Shown here in pieces: positions 42,731 through 58,500 of a DNA stretch of 64,000 bases (positions are counted from its first letter, which is position 1; each line of letters opens with the position of its first letter). The notes below the pieces were generated by a model, which was not told the DNA's origin, ran no database searches, and saw nothing but the letters and a program-made list of their open reading frames with translations. The stretch is from positions 19,654,001 through 19,718,000 of the forward strand of contig OZ024754.1 in NCBI GenBank assembly GCA_964016885.1. The letters are read 5' to 3'. A program made the position numbers and the translations under genes. The DNA is from Eledone cirrhosa. Its lineage: Eukaryota.

Positions 42731-44420
42731 TGCCAGACATGTACAACTGTGGCTAAAATGACTCTTCCATGATATAGTTACTTTAGTTTCAACACAATCT
42801 CAGATCAAGTCACTTACCATACATGTACAACTGTGGCTAGAATGACTCTTCCATGATATAGTTACTTTAGATTCAACACAATCTCAGATCAAGTCACTTG
42901 CCAGACATGTGCAACTGTGGCTAGAATGACTCTTCAATGATATAGTTACTTTAGTTTCAACACAATCTCAGATCAAGTCACTTGCCAGACATCTACAACT
43001 GCGGCTAAAATGACTCTTCCATGATACAGTTACTTTAGTTTGAACACAAACTTAGATCCAGTCACTGACCAGACATGTACATCTGTGGCTAAAGTGACTC
43101 TTCCATGATATAGTTACTTTAGTTTCAAGACATTCACAGATCAAGTCACTTGCCAGACATGTACAACTGTGGCTAAAATGACTATCCATGATATAGTTAC
43201 TTTAGTTTCAACACAGTCACAGATCAAGACACTTACCAGACATGTAAAACTGTAGCTAACATGACTCTTGCATGATATAGTTACTTTAGTTTCAACACAG
43301 TCTCAGATCAAGTCACTTGTCAGACATGTACGACTGTGGATAAAATGACTCTTCCATGATATAGTTACTTTAGTTTGAACACAGTCACAGATCAAGTCAC
43401 TTGCCAGACATGTACAACTGTGGCTAAAATAACTCTTCCATGATAAAGTTACTTTAGTTTCAACACAGTTTCAGATAAAGTCACTTGCCAGACATGTACA
43501 ACTGTGGCTAAAATGACTGTTCCATGATATAGTTACTTTAGTTTCAACACAGTCTCAGATCAAGTCACTTGCCAGACATGTACAACTGTGGCTAAAATGA
43601 CTCTTCCATGATATAGTTACTTTAGTTTCAACACAATCTCAGATCAAGTCACTTACCATACATGTACAACTGTGGCTAGAATGACTCTTCCATGATATAG
43701 TTACTTTAGATTCAACACAATCTCAGATCAAGTCACTTGCCAGACATGTGCAACTGTGGCTAGAATGACTCTTCAATGATATAGTTACTTTAGTTTCAAC
43801 ACAATCTCAGATCAAGTCACTTGCCAGACATCTACAACTGCGGCTAAAATGACTCTTCCATGATACAGTTACTTTAGTTTGAACACAATCTTAGATCCAG
43901 TCACTGACCAGACATGTACATCTGTGGCTAAAGTGACTCTTCCATGATATAGTTACTTTAGTTTCAAGACATTCACAGATCAAATCACTTGCCAGACATG
44001 TACAACTGTGGCTAAAATGACTATCGATGATATAGTTACTTTAGTTTCAACACAGTCACAGATCAAGACACTTACCAGACATGTAAAACTGTAGCTAACA
44101 TGACTCTTGCATGATATAGTTACTTTAGTTTCAACACAGTCTCAGATCAAGTCACTTGTCAGACATGTACGACTGTGGATAAAATGACTCTTCCATGATA
44201 TAGTTACTTTAGTTTGAACACAGTCACAGATCAAGTCACTTGCCAGACATGTACAACTGTGGCTAAAATAACTCTTCCATGATAAAGTTACTTTAGTTTC
44301 AACACAGTTTCAGATAAAGTCACTTGCCAGACATGTACAGCTGTGGCTAAAATGACTGTTCCATGATATAGTTACTTTAGTTTCAACACAGTCTCAGATC
44401 AAGTCACTTGCCAGACATGT
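42731..44420. repeat. Tandem duplication of a 10-monomer block (839 bp)
   Basis: ATGATACAG at 43021 and 43860. GATCCAGTC, ATCTGTGGCTAAAGTG, CAAGACATTC and GATAAAGTTAC variants are shared. Confidence 0.9.
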
Positions 44421-45560
44421 ACAACATTTGCTAAAATGACTCTTCCATGATATAGTTACTTCAGATTCAACACAGTCTCAGATCAAGTCACTTGCCAGAC
44501 ATGTACAACTGTGGCTAAAATGACTCTTCCATGATATAGTTACTTTAGTTTCAACACAGTCACAAATCAAGTCACTTACCATGGATGTACAACTGTGGCT
44601 AAAATAACTCTTCCATGATATAGTTACCTTAGTTTCAACATAGTCTCAGATCAAGTCACTTGTCAGACATGTACAACTGTGGCTAAAATGACTCTTCCAT
44701 GATATAGTTACTTTAGTTTGAAAACAGTCTTAGATCAAGTCACTTGCCAGACATGTACAACTGTGGCTAAAATAACTCTTCCATGATATAGTTACTTTAG
44801 TTTCAACACAGTCTCAGATCAAGTCACTTGCCAGGCATCTACAACTGTGGCTAAAATGACTCTACCATGATATAGTTACTTTAGTTTCAACACATTCACA
44901 GATCAAGTCACTTGCCAGACATGTACAACTGTGGCTAAAATGACTATCCATGATATAGTTACTTTAGTTTCAACACAGTCACAGATCAAGACACTTACCA
45001 GACATGTAAAACTGTAGCTAGCATGAGTCTTCCATGATATAGTTACTTTAGTTTCAACACAGTCTCAGATCAAGTGACTTTCCAGACATGTACAACTGTG
45101 GCTAAAATGACTCTTCCATGATATAGTTACTTTAGTTTCAACACAACCTCAGATCAAGTCACTTGTCAGACATCTACAACTGTGGCTAAAATGACTCTAC
45201 CATGATATAGTTACTTTAGTTTCAACACAGTCACAGATCAAGTCACTTGCCAGACATGTACAAGTGTAGCAAAAATGACTCTTCAATGATATAGTTACTT
45301 TAGTTTCAACACAGTCACAGATCAAGTCACTTGCCAGACATGTACAACTGTGACTAAAATGATTCTTCCATGATATAGTTACTTTAGTTTCAAAACAATC
45401 TCAGATAAAGTCACTTGCCAGACATGTACAACTGTGGCTAAAATGACTCTTCCATGATATAGTTACTTTAGTTTCAACACAGTCTCAGATCAAGTCACTT
45501 ACCAGACATGTTCAACTGTGGCTAATATGACTCTTCCATGATATAGTTACTTTAGTTTGG

Positions 45561-48500
45561 ACACAGTCTCAGATCAAGTCACTTGCCAGACATGTACAAC
45601 TGTGGCTAAAATAACTCTTCTATGATATAGTTACTTTAGTTTCAACACAGTCTCAGATCAAGTCACTTGCCAGGCATCTACAACTGTGGCTAAAATGACT
45701 CTACCATGATATAGTTACTTTTGTTTCAACACGTTCACAGATCAAGTCACTTGCCAGACATGTACAACTGTGGCTAAAATGACTCTTCCATGATAAAGTT
45801 AATTTAGTTTCAACACAGTCAAAAATCAAGTCAATTAGCATGGATGTACAACTGTGGCTAAAATGACTCTTCCATGATATAGTTACTTTAGTTTCAACAC
45901 AGTCTCAGATCAAGTCACTTACCAGACATGTACAACTGTGGCTAAAATGACTCTTCCATGATATAGTTACTTTAGTTTGAACACAGTCTTAGATCAAGTC
46001 ACTTGCCAGACATGTACAACCGTGGCTAAAATAACTCTTCCATGATATAGTTACTTTAGTTTCAACACAGTCTCAGATCAAGTCACTTGCCAGACATGTA
46101 CAACTGTGGCTAAAATAACTCTTCCATGATATAGTTACTTTAGTTTCAACACAGTCTCAGATCAAGTCACTTGCCAGGCATCTACAACTGTGGCTAAAAT
46201 GAATCTACCATGATATAGTTACTTTAGTTTCAACACGTTCACAGATCAAGTCACTTGCCAGACATATATAACTGTGGCTAAAATGACTATCCATGATATA
46301 GTTACTTTAGTTTCAACACAGTCACAGATCAAGTCACTTACCAGACATGTAAAACTGTAGCTAACATGACTCTTCCATGATATAGTTACTTTAGTTTCAA
46401 CACAGTCTCAGATCAAGTGACTTTCTAGACATGTACAACTGTGGCTAAAATGACTCTTCCATGATATAGTTACTTTAGTTTCAACACAAACTCAGATCAA
46501 GTCACTTGTCAGACATCTACAACTGTGGCTAAAATGACTCTACCATGATATAGTTACTTTAGTTTCAACACAGTCACAGATCAAGTCACTTGCCAGACAT
46601 GTAGAAGTGTAGCAAAAATGACTCTTCAATGATATAGTTACTTTAGTTTCAACACAGTCACAGATCAAGTCACTAGCCAGACATGTACAACTGTGACTAA
46701 AATGATTCTTCCATGATATAGTTACTTTAGTTTCAAAACAATCTCAGATAAAGTCACTTGCCAGATATGTACAACTGTGGCTAAAATGACTCTTCCATGA
46801 TATAGTTACTTTAGTTTCAACACAATCTCAGATCAAGTCACTTGCCAGACATCTACAACTGGGGCTAAAATGACTCTTCCATGATACAGTTACTTTAGTT
46901 TGAACACAATCTTAGATCAAGTCACTGACCAGACATGTACAACTGTGGCTAAAATGACTGTTCCATGATATAGTTACTTTAGTTTCAACACAGTCTCAGA
47001 TCAAGTCACTTGCCAGACATGTACAACATTTGCTAAAATGACTCTTCCATGATATAGTTACTTCAGATTCAACACAGTCTCAGATCAAGTCACTTGCCAG
47101 ACATGTACAACTGTGGCTAAAATAACTCTTCCATGATATAGTTACTTTAGTTTCAACATAGTCTCAGATCAAGTCACTTGTCAGACATGTACAACTGTGG
47201 CTAAAATGACTCTTCCATGATATAGTTACTTTAGTTTGAAAACAGACTTAGATCAAGTCACTTGCCAGACATGTACAACTGTGGCTAAAATAACTCTTCC
47301 ATGATATAGTTACTTTAGTTTCAACACAATCTCAGATCAAGTCACTTGCCAGGCATCTACAACTGTGGCTAAAATGACTCTACCATGATATAGTTACTTT
47401 AGTTTCAACACATTCACAGATCAAGTCACTTGCCAGACATGTACAACTGTGGCTAAAATGACTATCCATGATATAGTTACTTTAGTTTCAACACAGTCAC
47501 AGATCAAGACACTTACCAGACATGTAAAACTGTAGCTAGCATGACTCTTCCATGATATAGTTACTTTAGTTTCAACACAGTCTCAGATCAAGTGATTTTC
47601 CAGACATGTACAACTGTGGCTAAAATGACTCTTCCATGATATAGTTACTTTAGTTTCAACACAACCTCAGATCAAGTCACTTGTCAGACATCTACAACTG
47701 TGGCTAAAATGACTCTACCATGATATAGTTACTTTAGTTTCAACACAGTCACAGATCAAGTCACTTGCCAGACATGTACAAGTGTAGCAAAAATGACTCT
47801 TCAATGATATAGTTACTTTAGTTTCAACACAGTCACAGATCAAGTCACTTGCCAGACATGTACAACTGTGACTAAAATGATTCTTCCATGATATAGTTAC
47901 TTTAGTTTCAAAACAATCTCAGATAAAGTCACTTGCCAGACATGTACAACTGTGGCTAAAATGACTCTTCCATGATATAGTTACTTTAGTTTCAACACAG
48001 TCTCAGATCAAGTCACTTACCAGACATGTTCAACTGCGGCTAATATGACTCTTCCATGATATAGTTACTTTAGTTTGGACACAGTCTCAGATCAAGTCAC
48101 TTGCCAGACATGTACAACTGTGGCTAAAATAACTCTTCCATGATATAGTTACTTTAGTTTCAACACAATCTCAGATCAAGTCACTTGCCAGACATCTACA
48201 ACTGGGGCTAAAATGACTCTTCCATGATACAGTTACTTTAGTTTGAACACAATCTTAGATCAAGTCACTGACCAGACATGTACAACTGTGGCTAAAATGA
48301 CTCTTCCATGATATAGTTACTTTAGTTTCAACACATTCACAGATCAAGTCACTTGCCAGACATGTACAACTGTGGCTAAAATGACTATCCATGATATAGT
48401 TACTTTAGTTTCAACACAGTCACACATCAAGACACTTACCAGACATGTAAAACTGTAGCTAACATGACTCTTGCATGATATAGTTACTTTAGTTTCAACA

Positions 48501-51500
48501 CAGTCTCAGATCAAGTCACTTGTCAGACATGTACAACTGTGGCTAAAATGACTCTTCCATGATATAGTTACTTTAGTTTCAAAACAATCTCAGATAAAGT
48601 CACTTGCCAGATATGTACAACTGTGGCTAAAATGACTCTTCCATGATATAGTTACTTTAGTTTCAACACAATCTCAGATCAAGTCACTTGCCAGACATCT
48701 ACAACTGGGGCTAAAATGACTCTTCCATGATACAGTTACTTTAGTTTGAACACAATCTTAGATCAAGTCACTGACCAGACATGTACAACTGTGGCTAAAA
48801 TGACTGTTCCATGATATAGTTACTTTAGTTTCAACACAGTCTCAGATCAAGTCACTTGCCAGACATGTACAACATTTGCTAAAATGACTCTTCCATGATA
48901 TAGTTACTTCAGATTCAACACAGTCTCAGATCAAGTCACTTGCCAGACATGTACAACTGTGGCTAAAATAACTCTTCTATGATATAGTTACTTTAGTTTC
49001 AACACAGTCTCAGATCAAGTCACTTGCCAGGCATCTACAACTGTGGCTAAAATGACTCTACCATGATATAGTTACTTTTGTTTCAACACGTTCACAGATC
49101 AAGTCACTTGCCAGACATGTACAACTGTGGCTAAAATGACTCTTCCATGATAAAGTTAATTTAGTTTCAACACAGTCAAAAATCAAGTCAATTAGCATGG
49201 ATGTACAACTGTGGCTAAAATGACTCTTCCATGATATAGTTACTTTAGTTTCAACACAGTCTCAGATCAAGTCACTTACCAGACATGTACAACTGTGGCT
49301 AAAATGACTCTTCCATGATATAGTTACTTTAGTTTGAACACAGTCTTAGATCAAGTCACTTGCCAGACATGTACAACCGTGGCTAAAATAACTCTTCCAT
49401 GATATAGTTACTTTAGTTTCAACACAGTCTCAGATCAAGTCACTTGCCAGACATGTACAACTGTGGCTAAAATAACTCTTCCATGATATAGTTACTTTAG
49501 TTTCAACACAGTCTCAGATCAAGTCACTTGCCAGGCATCTACAACTGTGGCTAAAATGAATCTACCATGATATAGTTACTTTAGTTTCAACACGTTCACA
49601 GATCAAGTCACTTGCCAGACATATATAACTGTGGCTAAAATGACTATCCATGATATAGTTACTTTAGTTTCAACACAGTCACAGATCAAGTCACTTACCA
49701 GACATGTAAAACTGTAGCTAACATGACTCTTCCATGATATAGTTACTTTAGTTTCAACACAGTCTCAGATCAAGTGACTTTCTAGACATGTACAACTGTG
49801 GCTAAAATGACTCTTCCATGATATAGTTACTTTAGTTTCAACACAAACTCAGATCAAGTCACTTGTCAGACATCTACAACTGTGGCTAAAATGACTCTAC
49901 CATGATATAGTTACTTTAGTTTCAACACAGTCACAGATCAAGTCACTTGCCAGACATGTAGAAGTGTAGCAAAAATGACTCTTCAATGATATAGTTACTT
50001 TAGTTTCAACACAGTCACAGATCAAGTCACTAGCCAGACATGTACAACTGTGACTAAAATGATTCTTCCATGATATAGTTACTTTAGTTTCAAAACAATC
50101 TCAGATAAAGTCACTTGCCAGATATGTACAACTGTGGCTAAAATGACTCTTCCATGATATAGTTACTTTAGTTTCAACACAATCTCAGATCAAGTCACTT
50201 GCCAGACATCTACAACTGGGGCTAAAATGACTCTTCCATGATACAGTTACTTTAGTTTGAACACAATCTTAGATCAAGTCACTGACCAGACATGTACAAC
50301 TGTGGCTAAAATGACTGTTCCATGATATAGTTACTTTAGTTTCAACACAGTCTCAGATCAAGTCACTTGCCAGACATGTACAACATTTGCTAAAATGACT
50401 CTTCCATGATATAGTTACTTCAGATTCAACACAGTCTCAGATCAAGTCACTTGCCAGACATGTACAACTGTGGCTAAAATAACTCTTCCATGATATAGTT
50501 ACTTTAGTTTCAACATAGTCTCAGATCAAGTCACTTGTCAGACATGTACAACTGTGGCTAAAATGACTCTTCCATGATATAGTTACTTTAGTTTGAAAAC
50601 AGACTTAGATCAAGTCACTTGCCAGACATGTACAACTGTGGCTAAAATAACTCTTCCATGATATAGTTACTTTAGTTTCAACACAATCTCAGATCAAGTC
50701 ACTTGCCAGGCATCTACAACTGTGGCTAAAATGACTCTACCATGATATAGTTACTTTAGTTTCAACACATTCACAGATCAAGTCACTTGCCAGACATGTA
50801 CAACTGTGGCTAAAATGACTATCCATGATATAGTTACTTTAGTTTCAACACAGTCACAGATCAAGACACTTACCAGACATGTAAAACTGTAGCTAGCATG
50901 ACTCTTCCATGATATAGTTACTTTAGTTTCAACACAGTCTCAGATCAAGTGATTTTCCAGACATGTACAACTGTGGCTAAAATGACTCTTCCATGATATA
51001 GTTACTTTAGTTTCAACACAACCTCAGATCAAGTCACTTGTCAGACATCTACAACTGTGGCTAAAATGACTCTACCATGATATAGTTACTTTAGTTTCAA
51101 CACAGTCACAGATCAAGTCACTTGCCAGACATGTACAAGTGTAGCAAAAATGACTCTTCAATGATATAGTTACTTTAGTTTCAACACAGTCACAGATCAA
51201 GTCACTTGCCAGACATGTACAACTGTGACTAAAATGATTCTTCCATGATATAGTTACTTTAGTTTCAAAACAATCTCAGATAAAGTCACTTGCCAGACAT
51301 GTACAACTGTGGCTAAAATGACTCTTCCATGATATAGTTACTTTAGTTTCAACACAGTCTCAGATCAAGTCACTTACCAGACATGTTCAACTGCGGCTAA
51401 TATGACTCTTCCATGATATAGTTACTTTAGTTTGGACACAGTCTCAGATCAAGTCACTTGCCAGACATGTACAACTGTGGCTAAAATAACTCTTCCATGA

Positions 51501-52334
51501 TATAGTTACTTTAGTTTCAACACAATCTCAGATCAAGTCACTTGCCAGACATCTACAACTGGGGCTAAAATGACTCTTCCATGATACAGTTACTTTAGTT
51601 TGAACACAATCTTAGATCAAGTCACTGACCAGACATGTACAACTGTGGCTAAAATGACTCTTCCATGATATAGTTACTTTAGTTTCAACACATTCACAGA
51701 TCAAGTCACTTGCCAGACATGTACAACTGTGGCTAAAATGACTATCCATGATATAGTTACTTTAGTTTCAACACAGTCACACATCAAGACACTTACCAGA
51801 CATGTAAAACTGTAGCTAACATGACTCTTGCATGATATAGTTACTTTAGTTTCAACACAGTCTCAGATCAAGTCACTTGTCAGACATGTACAACTGTGGC
51901 TAAAATGACTCTTCCATGATATAGTTACTTTAGTTTCAAAACAATCTCAGATAAAGTCACTTGCCAGATATGTACAACTGTGGCTAAAATGACTCTTCCA
52001 TGATATAGTTACTTTAGTTTCAACACAATCTCAGATCAAGTCACTTGCCAGACATCTACAACTGGGGCTAAAATGACTCTTCCATGATACAGTTACTTTA
52101 GTTTGAACACAATCTTAGATCAAGTCACTGACCAGACATGTACAACTGTGGCTAAAATGACTGTTCCATGATATAGTTACTTTAGTTTCAACACAGTCTC
52201 AGATCAAGTCACTTGCCAGACATGTACAACATTTGCTAAAATGACTCTTCCATGATATAGTTACTTCAGATTCAACACAGTCTCAGATCAAGTCACTTGC
52301 CAGACATGTACAACTGTGGCTAAAATAACTCTTC
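45561..52334. repeat. Near-perfect tandem duplication of a 40-monomer block (3357 bp)
   Basis: The CTTCTATG variant base lies at 45621 and 48978, AAAAATCAAGTCAATTAGCA at 45821 and 49178, and CAACTGCGG at 48031 and 51388. 3357 = 40x84 - 3. Confidence 0.93.
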
Positions 52335-53783
52335 CATGATATAGTTACTTTAGTTTCAACATAGTCTCAGATCAAGTCACTTGTCAGACATGTACAACTG
52401 TGGCTAAAATGACTCTTCCATGATATAGTTACTTTAGTTTGAAAACAGACTTAGATCAAGTCACTTGCCAGACATGTACAACTGTGGCTAAAATAACTCT
52501 TCCATGATATAGTTACTTTAGTTTCAACACAATCTCAGATCAAGTTACTTGCCAGGCATCTACAACTGTGGCTAAAATGACTCTACCATGATATAGTTAC
52601 TTTAGTTTCAACACATTCACAGATCAAGTCACTTGCCAGACATGTACAACTGTGGCTAAAATGACTATCCATGATATAGTTACTTTAGTTTCAACACAGT
52701 CACAGATCAAGACACTTACCAGACATGTAAAACTGTAGCTAGCATGACTCTTCCATGATATAGTTACTTTAGTTTCAACACAGTCTCAGATCAAGTGATT
52801 TTCCAGACATGTACAACTGTGGCTAAAATGACTCTTCCATGATATAGTTACTTTAGTTTCAACACAACCTCAGATCAAGTCACTTGTCAGACATCTACAA
52901 CTGTGGCTAAAATGACTCTACCATGATATAGTTACTTTAGTTTCAACACAGTCACAGATCAAGTCACTTGCCAGACATGTACAAGTGTAGCAAAAATGAC
53001 TCTTCAATGATATAGTTACTTTAGTTTCAACACAGTCACAGATCAAGTCACTTGCCAGACATGTACAACTGTGACTAAAATGATTCTTCCATGATATAGT
53101 TACTTTAGTTTCAAAACAATCTCAGATAAAGTCACTTGCCAGACATGTACAACTGTGGCTAAAATGACTCTTCCATGATATAGTTACTTTAGTTTCAACA
53201 CAGTCTCAGATCAAGTCACTTACCAGACATGTTCAACTGCGGCTAATATGACTCTTCCATGATATAGTTACTTTAGTTTGGACACAGTCTCAGATCAAGT
53301 CACTTGCCAGACATGTACAACTGTGGCTAAAATAACTCTTCCATGATATAGTTACTTTAGTTTCAACACAATCTCAGATCAAGTCACTTGCCAGACATCT
53401 ACAACTGGGGCTAAAATGACTCTTCCATGATACAGTTACTTTAGTTTGAACACAATCTTAGATCAAGTCACTGACCAGACATGTACAACTGTGGCTAAAA
53501 TGACTCTTCCATGATATAGTTACTTTAGTTTCAACACATTCACAGATCAAGTCACTTGCCAGACATGTACAACTGTGGCTAAAATGACTATCCATGATAT
53601 AGTTACTTTAGTTTCAACACAGTCACACATCAAGACACTTACCAGACATGTAAAACTGTAGCTAACATGACTCTTGCATGATATAGTTACTTTAGTTTCA
53701 ACACAGTCTCAGATCAAGTCACTTGTCAGACATGTACAACTGTGGCTAAAATGACTCTTCCATGATATAGTTACTTTAGTTTC
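50060..53783. repeat. 22-monomer tandem repeat unit (1846 bp) overlapping the 40-mer
   Basis: CAACTGCGG at 51388 and 53234. CAAAACAATC...GATATG at 50091 and 51937. Confidence 0.88.
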
Positions 53784-53849
53784 AACACAAACTCAGATCA
53801 AGTCACTTGTCAGACATCTACAACTGTGGCTAAAATGACTCTACCATGA

Positions 53850-55380
53850 TATAGTTACTTTAGTTTCAACACAGTCACAGATCAAGTCACTTGCCAGACA
53901 TGTAGAAGTGTAGCAAAAATGACTCTTCAATGATATAGTTACTTTAGTTTCAACACAGTCACAGATCATGTCACTAGCCAGACATGTACAACTGTGACTA
54001 AAATGATTCTTCCATGATATAGTTACTTTAGTTTCAAAACAATCTCAGATAAAGTCACTTGCCAGATATGTACAACTGTGGCTAAAATGACTCTTCCATG
54101 ATATAGTTACTTTAGTTTCAACACAATCTCAGATCAAGTCACTTGCCAGACATCTACAACTGGGGCTAAAATGACTCTTCCATGATACAGTTACTTTAGT
54201 TTGAACACAATCTTAGATCAAGTCACTGACCAGACATGTACAACTGTGGCTAAAATGACTGTTCCATGATATAGTTACTTTAGTTTCAACACAGTCTCAG
54301 ATCAAGTCACTTGCCAGACATGTACAACATTTGCTAAAATGACTCTTCCATGATATAGTTACTTCAGATTCAACACAGTCTCAGATCAAGTCACTTGCCA
54401 GACATGTACAACTGTGGCTAAAATAACTCTTCCATGATATAGTTACTTTAGTTTCAACATAGTCTCAGATCAAGTCACTTGTCAGACATGTACAACTGTG
54501 GCTAAAATGACTCTTCCATGATATAGTTACTTTAGTTTGAAAACAGTCTTAGATCAAGTCACTTGCCAGACATGTACAACTGTGGCTAAAATAACTCTTC
54601 CATGATATAGTTACTTTAGTTTCAACACAGTCACAGATCAAGTCACTTGCCAGACATGTAGAAGTGTAGCAAAAATGATTCTTCAATGATATAGTTACTT
54701 TAGTTTCAACACAGTCACAGATCATGTCACTAGCCAGACATGTACAACTGTGACTAAAATGATTCTTCCATGATATAGTTACTTTAGTTTCAAAACAATC
54801 TCAGATAAAGTCACTTGCCAGATATGTACAACTGTGGCTAAAATGACTCTTCCATGATATAGTTACTTTAGTTTCAACACAATCTCAGATCAAGTCACTT
54901 GCCAGACATCTACAACTGGGGCTAAAATGACTCTTCCATGATACAGTTACTTTAGTTTGAACACAATCTTAGATCAAGTCACTGACCAGACATGTACAAC
55001 TGTGGCTAAAATGACTGTTCCATGATATAGTTACTTTAGTTTCAACACAGTCTCAGATCAAGTCACTTGCCAGACATGTACAACATTTGCTAAAATGACT
55101 CTTCCATGATATAGTTACTTCAGATTCAACACAGTCTCAGATCAAGTCACTTGCCAGACATGTACAACTGTGGCTAAAATAACTCTTCCATGATATAGTT
55201 ACTTTAGTTTCAACATAGTCTCAGATCAAGTCACTTGTCAGACATGTACAACTGTGGCTAAAATGACTCTTCCATGATATAGTTACTTTAGTTTGAAAAC
55301 AGTCTTAGATCAAGTCACTTGCCAGACATGTACAACTGTGGCTAAAATAACTCTTCCATGATATAGTTACTTTAGTTTCA
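53850..55380. repeat. Tandem duplication of a 9-monomer block (756 bp)
   Basis: GAAGTGTAGC at 53905 and 54661, each followed by GATCATGTCACTAGCC. Confidence 0.87.
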
Positions 55381-55509
55381 ACACAATCTCAGATCAAGTC
55401 ACTTGCCAGGCATCTACAACTGTGGCTAAAATGACTCTACCATGATATAGTTACTTTAGTTTCAACACATTCACAGATCAAGTCACTTGCCAGACATGTA
55501 CAACTGTGG

Positions 55510-58500
55510 CTAAAATGACTCTTCCATGATACAGTTACTTTAGTTTGAACACAATCTTAGATCAAGTCACTGACCAGACATGTACAACTGTGGCTAAAAT
55601 GACTGTTCCATGATATAGTTACTTTAGTTTCAACACAGTCTCAGATCAAGTCACTTGCCAGACATGTACAACATTTGCTAAAATGACTCTTCCATGATAT
55701 AGTTACTTCAGATTCAACACAGTCTCAGATCAAGTCACTTGCCAGACATGTACAACTGTGGCTAAAATAACTCTTCCATGATATAGTTACTTTAGTTTCA
55801 ACATAGTCTCAGATCAAGTCACTTGTCAGACATGTACAACTGTGGCTAAAATGACTCTTCCATGATATAGTTACTTTAGTTTGAAAACAGACTTAGATCA
55901 AGTCACTTGCCAGACATGTACAACTGTGGCTAAAATAACTCTTCCATGATATAGTTACTTTAGTTTCAACACAATCTCAGATCAAGTCACTTGCCAGGCA
56001 TCTACAACTGTGGCTAAAATGACTCTACCATGATATAGTTACTTTAGTTTCAACACATTCACAGATCAAGTCACTTGCCAGACATGTACAACTGTGGCTA
56101 AAATGACTATCCATGATATAGTTACTTTAGTTTCAACACAGTCACAGATCAAGACACTTACCAGACATGTAAAACTGTAGCTAGCATGACTCTTCCATGA
56201 TATAGTTACTTTAGTTTCAACACAGTCTCAGATCAAGTGATTTTCCAGACATGTACAACTGTGGCTAAAATGACTCTTCCATGATATAGTTACTTTAGTT
56301 TCAACACAACCTCAGATCAAGTCACTTGTCAGACATCTACAACTCTGGCTAAAATGACTCTACCATGATATAGTTACTTTAGTTTCAACACAGTCACAGA
56401 TCAAGTCACTTGCCAGACATGTACAAGTGTAGCAAAAATGACTCTTCAATGATATAGTTACTTTAGTTTCAACACAGTCACAGATCAAGTCACTTGCCAG
56501 ACATGTACAACTGTGACTAAAATGATTCTTCCATGATATAGTTACTTTAGTTTCAAAACAATCTCAGATAAAGTCACTTGCCAGACATGTACAACTGTGG
56601 CTAAAATGACTCTTCCATGATATAGTTACTTTAGTTTCAACACAGTCTCAGATCAAGTCACTTACCAGACATGTTCAACTGCGGCTAATATGACTCTTCC
56701 ATGATATAGTTACTTTAGTTTGGACACAGTCTCAGATCAAGTCACTTGCCAGACATGTACAACTGTGGCTAAAATAACTCTTCCATGATATAGTTACTTT
56801 AGTTTCAACACAATCTCAGATCAAGTCACTTGCCAGACATCTACAACTGGGGCTAAAATGACTCTTCCATGATACAGTTACTTTAGTTTGAACACAATCT
56901 TAGATCAAGTCACTGACCAGACATGTACAACTGTGGCTAAAATGACTCTTCCATGATATAGTTACTTTAGTTTCAACACATTCACAGATCAAGTCACTTG
57001 CCAGACATGTACAACTGTGGCTAAAATGACTATCCATGATATAGTTACTTTAGTTTCAACACAGTCACACATCAAGACACTTACCAGACATGTAAAACTG
57101 TAGCTAACATGACTCTTGCATGATATAGTTACTTTAGTTTCAACACAGTCTCAGATCAAGTCACTTGTCAGACATGTACAACTGTGGCTAAAATGACTCT
57201 TCCATGATATAGTTACTTTAGTTTCAACACAAACTCAGATCAAGTCACTTGTCAGACATCTACAACTGTGGCTAAAATGACTCTACCATGATATAGTTAC
57301 TTTAGTTTCAACACAGTCACAGATCAAGTCACTTGCCAGACATGTAGAAGTGTAGCAAAAATGACTCTTCAATGATATAGTTACTTTAGTTTCAACACAG
57401 TCACAGATCATGTCACTAGCCAGACATGTACAACTGTGACTAAAATGATTCTTCCATGATATAGTTACTTTAGTTTCAAAACAATCTCAGATAAAGTCAC
57501 TTGCCAGATATGTACAACTGTGGCTAAAATGACTCTTCCATGATATAGTTACTTTAGTTTCAACACAATCTCAGATCAAGTCACTTGCCAGACATCTACA
57601 ACTGGGGCTAAAATGACTCTTCCATGATACAGTTACTTTAGTTTGAACACAATCTTAGATCAAGTCACTGACCAGACATGTACAACTGTGGCTAAAATGA
57701 CTGTTCCATGATATAGTTACTTTAGTTTCAACACAGTCTCAGATCAAGTCACTTGCCAGACATGTACAACATTTGCTAAAATGACTCTTCCATGATATAG
57801 TTACTTCAGATTCAACACAGTCTCAGATCAAGTCACTTGCCAGACATGTACAACTGTGGCTAAAATAACTCTTCCATGATATAGTTACTTTAGTTTCAAC
57901 ATAGTCTCAGATCAAGTCACTTGTCAGACATGTACAACTGTGGCTAAAATGACTCTTCCATGATATAGTTACTTTAGTTTGAAAACAGTCTTAGATCAAG
58001 TCACTTGCCAGACATGTACAACTGTGGCTAAAATAACTCTTCCATGATATAGTTACTTTAGTTTCAACACAATCTCAGATCAAGTCACTTGCCAGGCATC
58101 TACAACTGTGGCTAAAATGACTCTACCATGATATAGTTACTTTAGTTTCAACACATTCACAGATCAAGTCACTTGCCAGACATGTACAACTGTGGCTAAA
58201 ATGACTATCCATGATATAGTTACTTTAGTTTCAACACAGTCACAGATCAAGACACTTACCAGACATGTAAAACTGTAGCTAGCATGACTCTTCCATGATA
58301 TAGTTACTTTAGTTTCAACACAGTCTCAGATCAAGTGATTTTTCAGACATGTACAACTGTGGCTAAAATGACTCTTCCATGATATAGTTACTTTAGTTTC
58401 AACACAACCTCAGATCAAGTCACTTGTCAGACATCTACAACTGTGGCTAAAATGACTCTACCATGATATAGTTACTTTAGTTTCAACACAGTCACAGATC

